Below are positions 20,847-29,449 of a DNA stretch of 58,858 nt, in pieces. Under the pieces are notes generated by a model. That model did not search any database. It worked only from the letters and a program-made list of their open reading frames with translations, and was not told the origin of the DNA. This stretch comes from a virus (Duplodnaviria; Caudoviricetes). The first letter of the stretch is position 1. Every line of letters begins with the position of its first letter. The stretch lies in the IMG/VR virus record IMGVR_UViG_3300022909_000024, positions 1 through 58,858 of that record; one strand, 5' to 3'. Position numbers and translations under genes: made by a program.

Positions 20847-20858
20847 AAAGCGTCGGGT

Positions 20859-21563
20859 CTAGTCGTCCCAACCGTCAACGATTGCACTAAGATCAGCTTC
20901 GTCTTTTGGTGCAGATGACTTCTGTTTAACTACTTTCTTCTTCGGTTCTTCGACAGGTGCTTCAACTTCTTCAGCTTCTTCCACCTCAACTTCTTCGACA
21001 GTAACAGGTGCAGATACGGTTACGTCAGTAAACATGTCGTCATCGTTACTTGAAGTAAAACCATCTACTACTTCAAACGGTGACGCAGTTTGTAAGGGTA
21101 TGTACTTAGTGACTTGCACACCACGTAACCGTAATGACACGCCCGCTTCTCGCATATTGTAGGGCACCAGCACTACTGCAATGTTTGCGGTACTGCCAGT
21201 AGTCAGCATGAAGTCATCATCTAACGCTTTATTCTTAGCGTCTACCTGCATGGGTTTGTTAGTTATTTCTTTACCGTATGCACCTTTCAGTGTGACCTTA
21301 CCAACGAATGTCCCGTCTTCTTCTTTTTTGAATGGCATCGGTATTTTTTCAGGCCATTTGGCTTCGCGCTTCTCGGCATACGCTTTAGCCATAGCACTCA
21401 TTAGATCCTTGGCCTTCGCTTCATCCATACGAAACTGCATGGAATACGCTGCTCCTTCATCAAACGGGTCACAAGGTACACTACGGTTTTCCGCTGAATC
21501 AAAGCGGTATGTTTTATTGATACGTGGGTATAAGACTTCTACGTCCTTTATAAGGTGGTTCAT
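20859..21563 (-). CDS. Single-stranded DNA-binding protein (phage OB-fold type) with acidic C-terminal tail
   Basis: GVSLRLRGVQV strand, acidic tail ending DGWDD, GGAGA RBS before ATG 21563; an in-frame ATG also exists at 21581. Confidence 0.65.
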   Translation of the reverse strand: MNHLIKDVEVLYPRINKTYRFDSAENRSVPCDPFDEGAAYSMQFRMDEAKAKDLMSAMAKAYAEKREAKWPEKIPMPFKKEEDGTFVGKVTLKGAYGKEITNKPMQVDAKNKALDDDFMLTTGSTANIAVVLVPYNMREAGVSLRLRGVQVTKYIPLQTASPFEVVDGFTSSNDDDMFTDVTVSAPVTVEEVEVEEAEEVEAPVEEPKKKVVKQKSSAPKDEADLSAIVDGWDD

Positions 21564-21581
21564 GTATGTTTCTCCAAACAT

Positions 21582-22241
21582 CTAGTCATTAAATGTAAAA
21601 CCATCAACCTCGGTGAATGGTGAAACACTAGCGTCTTCTATTGGCACTATACTTAACGTGATAGCAGCAATAGTATCTGCGTGTTCTCCCATATTTTTGA
21701 CGGTTTCGTACTCCTGCTCTTCTAATGGACGTATTGGCCTGAAGAAGAGTTTTGGTGTATCGCTTTCAGTATCGAAGTAGATCCTCGTTACTACAGCGAT
21801 AAAAGGCGTCTCACGCGCCTCAAGGTACCGTGCGTAAGCACGGAAGGGCATAGCCCCATTTACCGCGTCCCCAAATATAGAAGTAGGTGGTAGTTGTAGT
21901 TGATAAGCTGTTTCCAGATCATCTTCCAACACGACAGCTAACCGTTGCACAAACTTGCATGCTCGACTAGCGCCTCTACCAGAACCTCTAATATTGCGGA
22001 CACAATCTACGCAACGTCCAGACTGCCGCTGCTCATCTGGAACGTCTAAAGCGGGTGTTTCTGTGTTATTAGACCAACAGGTGGGAGTAGATACCTTGTC
22101 AGCGTTATAGTCATCTTTGTAGTACATTCTCGATCGGTAGGCAATACCTACAACTACAACATCAATACTATCTCCACTTTCGAGCGGTGTTCCCTCGAAC
22201 TTCTTGTTGCGGATACTTATTCTTCTAACGCTATCTTCCAT
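21582..22241 (-). CDS. Cys-containing (probable Zn) SSB/annealing-like replication protein
   Basis: PTCWS...CVDC...RACKF pattern; located in the replication module. Confidence 0.5.
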   Translation of the reverse strand: MEDSVRRISIRNKKFEGTPLESGDSIDVVVVGIAYRSRMYYKDDYNADKVSTPTCWSNNTETPALDVPDEQRQSGRCVDCVRNIRGSGRGASRACKFVQRLAVVLEDDLETAYQLQLPPTSIFGDAVNGAMPFRAYARYLEARETPFIAVVTRIYFDTESDTPKLFFRPIRPLEEQEYETVKNMGEHADTIAAITLSIVPIEDASVSPFTEVDGFTFND

Positions 22242-22510
22242 CAGTAGTCTTCATCTGTGTCCAAGTCAGGCACCTCGATAGGCGCAGCTTTTTCTGGGCT
22301 AACCTCGTCCCACGTAACGGAAGGTGCATCTTCATCAACTTCGCTCAACAACGCCTTAGTTACAGCGTCAAGATCGTATCGATACGTCTGATTGATATGG
22401 ATGTACGTGTTTTTAGGTATTCGCCCTTGCTTCATCCAATTACGGATAAGTCGCTCAGATACCATAAAGTGCTGGGCAACTTCTCTGATTGAAACTAATC
22501 GAGGTGTCAT
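22241..22510 (-). CDS. MerR/excisionase-like HTH DNA-binding protein
   Basis: SIREVAQHFMVSERLIRNWMKQGRIP...YRYD. Confidence 0.7.
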   Translation of the reverse strand: MTPRLVSIREVAQHFMVSERLIRNWMKQGRIPKNTYIHINQTYRYDLDAVTKALLSEVDEDAPSVTWDEVSPEKAAPIEVPDLDTDEDY

Positions 22511-22914
22511 TTCTTGTTCCTTCTAACGGCTATGGTGTACTCGGAATTAGAGTTAAGACCTTTCGGTAGCAACTCTGGGTTCTCTTCCAAAAACTGCTTC
22601 ATGTTCTTCTGGTTAATCCGCTTGTCAAGTAATGATGGTTCTGCGTGCTCAAGAATGAACTTGTGCATCTGATCCCAGTCGCTTGTCCAATAAGATTGTT
22701 TAACCGTCCGGTAGAACAGACCTTCGGAAGTTTTGACGCTATCAACGTCGTGCTCTTTGCAGTGGTTTAACAAAGCCCCTTTGACAGTTTCAAGCTGCTG
22801 CACCAGCGGTGCGTCTTGTGCATCAAATTCGGCTTTTAACTCTGAACGTCTCTCACGAATCTTTATATAAGTCTTGACCAACTTGTCTAAAGATATGGAT
22901 TCCCCGTTGCTCAT
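22507..22914 (-). CDS. Conserved phage coiled-coil protein, function unknown
   Basis: AAGGAG RBS before ATG 22914; N-terminal coiled coil. Confidence 0.6.
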   Translation of the reverse strand: MSNGESISLDKLVKTYIKIRERRSELKAEFDAQDAPLVQQLETVKGALLNHCKEHDVDSVKTSEGLFYRTVKQSYWTSDWDQMHKFILEHAEPSLLDKRINQKNMKQFLEENPELLPKGLNSNSEYTIAVRRNKK

Positions 22915-22943
22915 TTCGATCTCCTTCACTTATCGAACGAACG

Positions 22944-22972
22944 ACTATAATGGATAACTAGGTACTACGCAA
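22944..22972 (-). promoter_or_regulatory. Sigma70-like promoter
   Basis: TTGCGT-17 nt-TATAGT upstream of the 22914 gene. Confidence 0.55.
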
Positions 22973-24500
22973 GTAAATCATTGTATAAATCAATCATTTT
23001 TGTATGAACATTGATTTTATTGTCCAACATAGCATAAACACGTTTTTCTATGGCAGATCCTTGCAGTTGGACTATGGTACACTTGTGGTCTTGTCCCGAC
23101 CTGTGCACCCGTGCGTTGGCTTGGGCGTACGTTTCTAATGAACTGGTTGGCCCCCACCACACTACCGTATTCGCCGCTGTCAGAGTCACACCATGCGCTG
23201 CTGCTTGGGGCTGAATAATTAATACCCTAGGGTCGTCGGTCTTTTGGAACTGCCTGAATATTTCAGTTCGATTAGGTAGCGATACGTCACCACGAATAAT
23301 CGCTGTACTGATGCCATCATTCTGTAGTTTGTCTGATAGTATGTCGATGACGTGCTTGAAAGGCACAAAGATCAATACCTTCTTGCTAGATTCGTCGATG
23401 ACCTCACGCAGAACCTTGTACCGGTGTTTAATATCAAACTCTAGCGTGTCACCGTTATCGGTATAGACCGCACCACAAGATATTTGTAGTAACTTGTTCA
23501 TGTTAACTGCTGCATTGGCGGCAGTAACCTGCTCCCCTGCGGCATCCATAACCATCTTATCTCTTAACAACTTATAGTATTTAATTTGTTGTCGGGTCAT
23601 TTCGACTTCGCGTTTGGTGTACACCATCGGTGGTAAGTCTAGACACTCATCTTTAGTGAACCGGATAGCAGGTTGTAATACCCTGAACACCGTATCAGTA
23701 GCATCTTCTTTAGGCACCCATCTAAAGTTACTTATTTTATACATAACTTGATCGCGGAACGCCCCGGCAAACCTAGGTACAGCAATAGGGTTAACAAGTT
23801 TTGCTAAACCGTACGCATCAACAGGACTCTGTGCAGCGGGAGTACCTGTCATCATCCATAACCATTTGTCTGGTGTCATCAACGCATTCAAGGTTTTCCA
23901 GCGTTTGGTTTGTGTATTTTTATAGTGAGTAGCTTCGTCCACAATTATCAGGTCAAACCCACCGTCCATGATGGCATCCATTACAATCTCAACACCGTCA
24001 TAATTTATTATCACGTAATCCGCGTCACCCCCTATGATCTCCCTGCGTTTTTTCGCAGAACCATACGCAACCGCAACTGTTCGGTGCATAGCAAAAGTAA
24101 ATAAATCATTACGCCAAGCAGAATCCATGATAGATAACGGACATATAATCAGCACTCTGCGTATACGTTTGACATTCATTAGGTAATCTGACGCCCATAT
24201 TGCACTGGCGGTTTTACCTGTACCCTGCTCATTGAAGCAGAATGCACGCTTGTTTAGTGTAAGAAATGATGAAGTAGTTTTTTGGTGCTCGAACGGGGTA
24301 TACCTACCAGTCCACTTGTACTTGCCTTCAATCGGTGAAGGCACTTTGATATTTAAGTTCTTCAGTACATGCGCTTCGTCTATACCCCACTTAACCACTA
24401 CTTTGTTATCAGGTAGTTGTTTGCTTTCGGGTATAACAGTCGTCACTTTCTGCGGATTACGCAGTCGCAAAAGCAACGCTTTGTTATCTATAATTTCCAT
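22965..24500 (-). CDS. SNF2-family (SF2) helicase
   Basis: EQGTGKT, IIVDEAT, MTGTP, HGVTLTAA, QANARVHRSGQ motifs. Confidence 0.9.
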   Translation of the reverse strand: MEIIDNKALLLRLRNPQKVTTVIPESKQLPDNKVVVKWGIDEAHVLKNLNIKVPSPIEGKYKWTGRYTPFEHQKTTSSFLTLNKRAFCFNEQGTGKTASAIWASDYLMNVKRIRRVLIICPLSIMDSAWRNDLFTFAMHRTVAVAYGSAKKRREIIGGDADYVIINYDGVEIVMDAIMDGGFDLIIVDEATHYKNTQTKRWKTLNALMTPDKWLWMMTGTPAAQSPVDAYGLAKLVNPIAVPRFAGAFRDQVMYKISNFRWVPKEDATDTVFRVLQPAIRFTKDECLDLPPMVYTKREVEMTRQQIKYYKLLRDKMVMDAAGEQVTAANAAVNMNKLLQISCGAVYTDNGDTLEFDIKHRYKVLREVIDESSKKVLIFVPFKHVIDILSDKLQNDGISTAIIRGDVSLPNRTEIFRQFQKTDDPRVLIIQPQAAAHGVTLTAANTVVWWGPTSSLETYAQANARVHRSGQDHKCTIVQLQGSAIEKRVYAMLDNKINVHTKMIDLYNDLLA

Positions 24501-24638
24501 GTGTCCTCCTAAAGCCCCGCTTCGTCCACAGATGGGGCTAGGTCTGCTATGAAGGGTCTTTCGCTCCCCTGAACTAGCCTGATTTTTGTACTCTGCAACT
24601 GGAGGGTGCTTCGTACGTGGTTTAAAGACGCATCAGGT

Positions 24639-24938
24639 TCAGCGTCTGGTAGGCTTCTTCTGTCTCGCAACGGGTGCCTTCTTAAGGTTACGGCTACGGT
24701 TTTTACTTCGACTTTCTACCTTCACACCGTCTTTGTTGCTACCACCTCTCGCCAGTGGCTTGTTATGGCTAACGTCCTTGCCTTCTCGCTTGTCCGCTTT
24801 GCCGTTGTTATTCGCATCTTTACCTGTCTTATCCATTGCACGTCGGGCACGTTGCCGTTCCATCCGACGTTTGAACTCTGGACTATCGACTGGTTTGTTT
24901 ACTTGTTTCTTTCTGTCTGCTTTGTTTTTGTAAGGCAT
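24639..24938 (-). CDS. Small basic HNH-like protein
   Basis: DVSHNKPLARGGSN...KNRSRN pattern. Confidence 0.55.
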   Translation of the reverse strand: MPYKNKADRKKQVNKPVDSPEFKRRMERQRARRAMDKTGKDANNNGKADKREGKDVSHNKPLARGGSNKDGVKVESRSKNRSRNLKKAPVARQKKPTRR

Positions 24939-25160
24939 TTAATTTTCCTGCGGTAGGTGGTACTTAATCATTTGATGGTTTTCTAGATATGGGCGCTCAG
25001 TTACCGCCTCAACCGTCATAGGGTGTCCTACTTTCGTTTGGTAACGTAAAGCACTTTCCAGAGCATCGATTTTATGTGTCCAGTACCCATCTACCAACCC
25101 AGTTTCTGTATCTACAACTAAATATGATTCTTTCACTACCCTCTCCCGTTGTGCGGACAC
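24939..25160 (-). CDS. Hypothetical protein
   Basis: ORF fills the gap between neighbours; start uncertain. Confidence 0.5.
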   Translation of the reverse strand: MSAQRERVVKESYLVVDTETGLVDGYWTHKIDALESALRYQTKVGHPMTVEAVTERPYLENHQMIKYHLPQEN

Positions 25161-25810
25161 TCAAGCACCACGCAATGTGCTTTGCATAACCCGCTGGGGT
25201 TAGCGTTCCACGTATCATTCTCGAAGGCTGACTCCATACTAGTGTAGTCACCTAACCATTTACCCCATAGGTCACCCTGACCCGCTAGAGTATACGTATC
25301 TTTTACTAACTCGTTTGACACAACAAACATCAACCCACCCCGTACCTCTGTGATATTGGGGAAGTGTTTGAATGCCGCCAGTGCCATCAACTCAAGCTGC
25401 CCTTTGTCAGCATAGCGAGCGTTCTTACCAGTTTTATAATCTATCACCCAAGCTAACTCACTCTCTTCATCAAGGATTACCAAGTCTGCAATACCGCGAA
25501 ACCACACGTTATCCGCAAAAAAGTCGCAGGGTTCCAAGTTTTCGGTAAGCCCCATTTTATATTCGCATAACTTCTTACCACGTTTAGCGTTAAGCGCATC
25601 CAACCCGGCCTTGGCGTAGTTGAACTGTGGTGGTAGCGGTACGTTATCCCGTACGTATTTCTCGGCTGCTTCATGGAACGCGGTGCCGTAATACATGGCT
25701 TCCGTCTCAGGCTCGGAATAATCCTTAGCAACCTTCAAGTGGTAAAACTTCTTAGGGCATTGCTCGAATGCTTTTATCTTACTGAACGACCAAGGTGCTA
25801 TGCTCATCAC
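25136..25810 (-). CDS. Cas4-like PD-(D/E)XK exonuclease
   Basis: N-terminal QCP, GIADL...IDYKTG, QLELMA, C-terminal CxxxCxxxxC. Confidence 0.85.
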   Translation of the reverse strand: MMSIAPWSFSKIKAFEQCPKKFYHLKVAKDYSEPETEAMYYGTAFHEAAEKYVRDNVPLPPQFNYAKAGLDALNAKRGKKLCEYKMGLTENLEPCDFFADNVWFRGIADLVILDEESELAWVIDYKTGKNARYADKGQLELMALAAFKHFPNITEVRGGLMFVVSNELVKDTYTLAGQGDLWGKWLGDYTSMESAFENDTWNANPSGLCKAHCVVLECPHNGRG

Positions 25811-26100
25811 TCTTCCTCGGGCAGGAAATCATCTATTTCGATCAACGCATGGATGACTGCTACTAGTTCTGACTTACGCAGACTGATTGACTCCAGTACT
25901 GGTGGCTCTTTCGTGCAATCTAAGTGGTGGATCAGAGTCTTAATTTCACCGTCTTTTTTATGCACGGCTACTGACACAATCTCTTCACCTGTTTCTGCCA
26001 TCCCCACCAAGGCTGCTATCTCGTTATCTAGTGGTTCCCTATGTTCTTCTCGTAGGCGTAATTGCTCTTTATATTCTTCTAAATCAACAACTTGACTCAT
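25807..26100 (-). CDS. Hypothetical protein
   Basis: 97 aa with 4-bp overlaps on both sides. Confidence 0.6.
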   Translation of the reverse strand: MSQVVDLEEYKEQLRLREEHREPLDNEIAALVGMAETGEEIVSVAVHKKDGEIKTLIHHLDCTKEPPVLESISLRKSELVAVIHALIEIDDFLPEEE

Positions 26101-27926
26101 TCACAATCTCCGTAGGACTTGGCAACACCAGATTCACAGTTGATTGGTAGCCCGTTAGCCCAATAAGGTGTCCAACGCATACACTCTTCAATGTATCGCT
26201 GGGCTTCTGCAACTTCGTCCTCGGGGACACAACACACAACGGAGTCATGAACCGTCAAAACAACACGATATTTTTTAGCAATTTTTAGCATCTGTTCGCC
26301 TATTATGCAACGAGCCACCGCTTGACATACGTTCTCTATAACCTTCCCACCGTATATCCGGTTTCGGCCTCGACGTACCTTGTAGGTATACTCCATACCT
26401 TTCTCGCCTTGCTCACCTTTTATATCGTGGTAGTACATCAACAAGCCAGATGGTAATTTGATTGCGTTCTGTTCAGGCAACACTTCCAACACATCACCGA
26501 TACCCAACTGGGTTTTATTATTCATAGTCATGTTTTCTATGGTGTATGAGGCGTCTTTCCACAACCTAGTTATGTGAAAATTTGTTTCTCTGTAGATGTT
26601 TATGACGCGGCGAGCTTCGTCTAGCTCTATGTCAAACCCAAACGATTGTAATTGGTCTTTGAAACGTACGGCTCCCATACCGTAACCAGCACCCAGAATG
26701 GTAGTTTTACCGACGAACCGCTGGTCTTTGGTCACATCTTCTTCTCGGTTGACGCCATATATCGACATCGCCATCTTCTTATACACGTCATCACCAACAT
26801 GGAATGCTTGGGTTAGGTCGTCCTGCCCTGCTAACCATGACAATACGCGTGCTTCAATCTGACTTGAGTCGCAGTCAATCAGCATGTACCCATCAGGAGC
26901 AACCATACTTTTCTTGAGTTTCTTACCGTTTGGCCCACGGCTAGGCAGATTCTGGAGGTTGATCTTGTCAGCGCCACCCCAGCGTCCAGTATGTGCCGCA
27001 TAGTATTTAACTGGTACAGGCAGCAACCCTCGCTTGGCTATGTCAATAAACCGTTGCGTCCGTGTTTCTTCTAAGGTGCTTTTGTTGCCAAGTCTGGCGT
27101 TAACAAGTGTCTGTATCCGCACGTCTTCGTGCTCTAACAACGCCTTGAATGCTTCATCCGTTTTGGCGAACGCGTATGTTTCTTTACCTGTGGTAGGACT
27201 TATCTTGGTTGGCGCAATAACGCCTAGCCCCCCAAGTAATTCGGCAAACTTGGGGTTACTCATCAAATCTTTCTTATCTACACCGGCATCCAGTAACAAC
27301 TTATCCTTAATATCTTTGGTGTCTTCTAGATGCTGTTCCAGTAGTCCTAAATCTAGATCTAGCATAGGTTCGATAAACATGCGGAGGGTAAGATCTATAA
27401 TCTTTAACTCTTGACGTGGGAATTTCTTACCCATTACACCAAATAACTTATAGGTAAGTTCCACATCGTTGATACAGTAATCGCCGTATCGACTCAACTC
27501 TGCCTCATTGAAATCCAACCGCTGTTTACCTATGGCACTTAAAACTTCGGTGCCTTTATCTCCGAGGTTATACCGTTCGGCCATCGCCTTGAGGCTTCCC
27601 CCAGCCTCCACCCCGTGAAGAGCACGACCAATGCACAAAGTGTCAGCCCACACCCTAGGATGAATATCAAATATCCAAGACAATATAGCACCATCAAACA
27701 TGGTGTTATGAGCCAATACCATAGAGTTTCGCCAATCAAATTCCGTAAAATATTGCTTAAGCTGTTCATGTGTTCCACTCGCCCATTCGGTAGCTCCGTT
27801 GTTTACTTTTATAGCTACGCCGATCACTTCAAATCTAGGGTCACGTACGTACGCTTCTGTTGTCATCTTACTCAACGAAAACTCTTTGTCGTAGTATGTC
27901 TCGAAATCTACCGTTATGAGATCCAT
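26097..27926 (-). CDS. polA: Family A DNA polymerase with 3'-5' exonuclease domain
   Basis: DFETY exo I, AHNxxFD exo II, YCINDV exo III; DSSQIEAR motif A, RFVGKTTILGAGYG motif B, VHDS motif C. Confidence 0.92.
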   Translation of the reverse strand: MDLITVDFETYYDKEFSLSKMTTEAYVRDPRFEVIGVAIKVNNGATEWASGTHEQLKQYFTEFDWRNSMVLAHNTMFDGAILSWIFDIHPRVWADTLCIGRALHGVEAGGSLKAMAERYNLGDKGTEVLSAIGKQRLDFNEAELSRYGDYCINDVELTYKLFGVMGKKFPRQELKIIDLTLRMFIEPMLDLDLGLLEQHLEDTKDIKDKLLLDAGVDKKDLMSNPKFAELLGGLGVIAPTKISPTTGKETYAFAKTDEAFKALLEHEDVRIQTLVNARLGNKSTLEETRTQRFIDIAKRGLLPVPVKYYAAHTGRWGGADKINLQNLPSRGPNGKKLKKSMVAPDGYMLIDCDSSQIEARVLSWLAGQDDLTQAFHVGDDVYKKMAMSIYGVNREEDVTKDQRFVGKTTILGAGYGMGAVRFKDQLQSFGFDIELDEARRVINIYRETNFHITRLWKDASYTIENMTMNNKTQLGIGDVLEVLPEQNAIKLPSGLLMYYHDIKGEQGEKGMEYTYKVRRGRNRIYGGKVIENVCQAVARCIIGEQMLKIAKKYRVVLTVHDSVVCCVPEDEVAEAQRYIEECMRWTPYWANGLPINCESGVAKSYGDCE

Positions 27927-28108
27927 AATTTATCCAGTAACAAGTTATCTGCAAAACCGTTAATTACCAAAGTCCACATTGTCAATAGTGTTAAATTTGG
28001 ACTTTTTGGACTTTCTAAAAATCAGTAGGGGCCTCGCACCCCTCCGGTGTCAGTTATACTTCCTGTTTAGGCGGGCTTTAACACACTAGAAAGTTCACGC
28101 CATCTGAA

Positions 28109-28642
28109 TTATTGTAGGTTGGCAATCTCACCACCGCACGCAAAGTACCCTGCACCATCAACCCAGTTGTCGATATGGTTAGGGTTCTGCTTGATTCTCG
28201 CTACCTTGAGCAAGGCCATCATAACTGCTACATCGTGAGCTTTGACGGGTACGCCTAGGTGCACTGACCAGTATTGAGCAATACGTGTAAAGTTATCCTC
28301 TGCATCGCCATGATCTGATTGTCTGTCTTTAGTTATGTAGGCTTTCGCTATATCTAACAGGTTGCCTCTCGTTGCCAATGGCTGCGGCGGTATATCGTTA
28401 TGTTCCTCATAACTTGTTTGTACCTCTGCACTTACTCCGGTAGACGGTACCAATACCGACGTTGCCGCTGCTGTCGATTCCGCTGCAATCTCTGCTTTAG
28501 CATCCCTATACTCTGCTGCTTTAACTTGTTTACGTACTAAGTGCGCGTAGCTGGGACTACAATTAGCTTTCTCAGCCACCAAGCGTACACCCCAACTAGG
28601 GTATTTTGCCATTATATCAAGTACCTTCCTTCTCTTATTCAC
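28109..28642 (-). CDS. HTH plus DUF6378-like protein
   Basis: C-terminal DRQSDHGDAEDNFTRIAQYWS...LLKVAR...DNWVDGAGY. Confidence 0.7.
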   Translation of the reverse strand: MNKRRKVLDIMAKYPSWGVRLVAEKANCSPSYAHLVRKQVKAAEYRDAKAEIAAESTAAATSVLVPSTGVSAEVQTSYEEHNDIPPQPLATRGNLLDIAKAYITKDRQSDHGDAEDNFTRIAQYWSVHLGVPVKAHDVAVMMALLKVARIKQNPNHIDNWVDGAGYFACGGEIANLQ

Positions 28643-28651
28643 ATCCTTCTC

Positions 28652-28969
28652 CTAGAAATCGAACTCATATTGATTAGGGTCATTGGACTTGGCCCCCAGT
28701 AGGAACATTACATCCGTCCAGTTATCCTCGTTTATCACGACGGCAACACCACCCACTGCGGCGATGTCATCGAGATTCTTTTGCTGTAAAGCTGTTGGTG
28801 TGTTCTTCCCAGCCTTACATTCAATTCCAAAAAACTTACCGTTGTAGCACCCAACAATGTCCGGTACACCGCTCTTACCGTACCCGCCTGTTGCAGGAAA
28901 GAAGTAGTAGGCACCGATCAATTTAAGCTGCTCGGTTACCTTGCGTTTCACTTTAGCTTCGGGGGTCAT
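28652..28969 (-). CDS. VRR-NUC domain nuclease (resolvase-like)
   Basis: MTPEAKVK...GVPDIV...IECKAG...LQ pattern. Confidence 0.85.
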   Translation of the reverse strand: MTPEAKVKRKVTEQLKLIGAYYFFPATGGYGKSGVPDIVGCYNGKFFGIECKAGKNTPTALQQKNLDDIAAVGGVAVVINEDNWTDVMFLLGAKSNDPNQYEFDF

Positions 28970-28981
28970 GCGTTCTCCTTG

Positions 28982-28993
28982 GGAACTGGTATC
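28982..28993 (-). promoter_or_regulatory. GATACCAGTTCC element (other exact copies at 20109-20120, 36598-36609, 36644-36655)
   Basis: Exact 12-mer seen four times, all in the same orientation. Confidence 0.55.
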
Positions 28994-28994
28994 G

Positions 28995-29030
28995 AAGTGT
29001 TGCAGAAATCAAAAGTGTTGCAGAAATCAA
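28995..29030. repeat. Tandem 2 x 18 bp AAGTGTTGCAGAAATCAA
   Basis: Read directly. Confidence 0.9.
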
Positions 29031-29031
29031 A

Positions 29032-29051
29032 TGTTAGGGAACTCCCTAACA
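29032..29051. promoter_or_regulatory. 20-bp palindrome, copy 1 (spacer AC)
   Basis: TGTTAGGGA-AC-TCCCTAACA. Confidence 0.75.
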
Positions 29052-29053
29052 AT

Positions 29054-29179
29054 CTATTCATCTTCTAGTTTTTGCTCGATCAATTTAAACAATCGATCAA
29101 TGTTGCTGCTGATGTCTTCAAGACTACGTGCCATGTTCTCCACAGCACGCACCACGTTTTCAGTCTGTTCATCGTTCAT
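29054..29179 (-). CDS. Small coiled-coil protein, 41 aa (MNDEQTENVV...)
   Basis: Not in the ORF track; GAGGA RBS. Confidence 0.6.
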   Translation of the reverse strand: MNDEQTENVVRAVENMARSLEDISSNIDRLFKLIEQKLEDE

Positions 29180-29188
29180 TGGTAGTCC

Positions 29189-29449
29189 TCATTGATAAAC
29201 CCAAAACGTATTCTCGCTGATACGTTTACCTATACCCTCAACAGGCACGGTCGGTGGGTCAGTAGAAGTCATCATCAGTAGGGCAACCTTCTCTTGCATC
29301 CACTGCGGCAACTTCTCTAACCCACTATACGTGTCTTCCACATCACTGTCAAGACAATACATTCCAATACATTGCACTCTCACACAGTTTTTTCCATCGT
29401 CTACCATGACACGGTACATTGTGTCATACCCACCATCACTGGTTGACAT
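29189..29449 (-). CDS. Hypothetical early protein
   Basis: LPQWMQEKVALLMM...VEGIG segment resembles the C-terminus of the upstream gene. Confidence 0.65.
   Translation of the reverse strand: MSTSDGGYDTMYRVMVDDGKNCVRVQCIGMYCLDSDVEDTYSGLEKLPQWMQEKVALLMMTSTDPPTVPVEGIGKRISENTFWVYQ

Noticed and set aside
22241-22510. Excisionase as evidence of lysogeny
   Set aside because: The fold is generic, and no integrase or att-like site was recognised
28040-28105. Twister-like AAGCCCGC segment on the minus strand
   Set aside because: Could not build the P4 stem, pseudoknots or the conserved cleavage-site context
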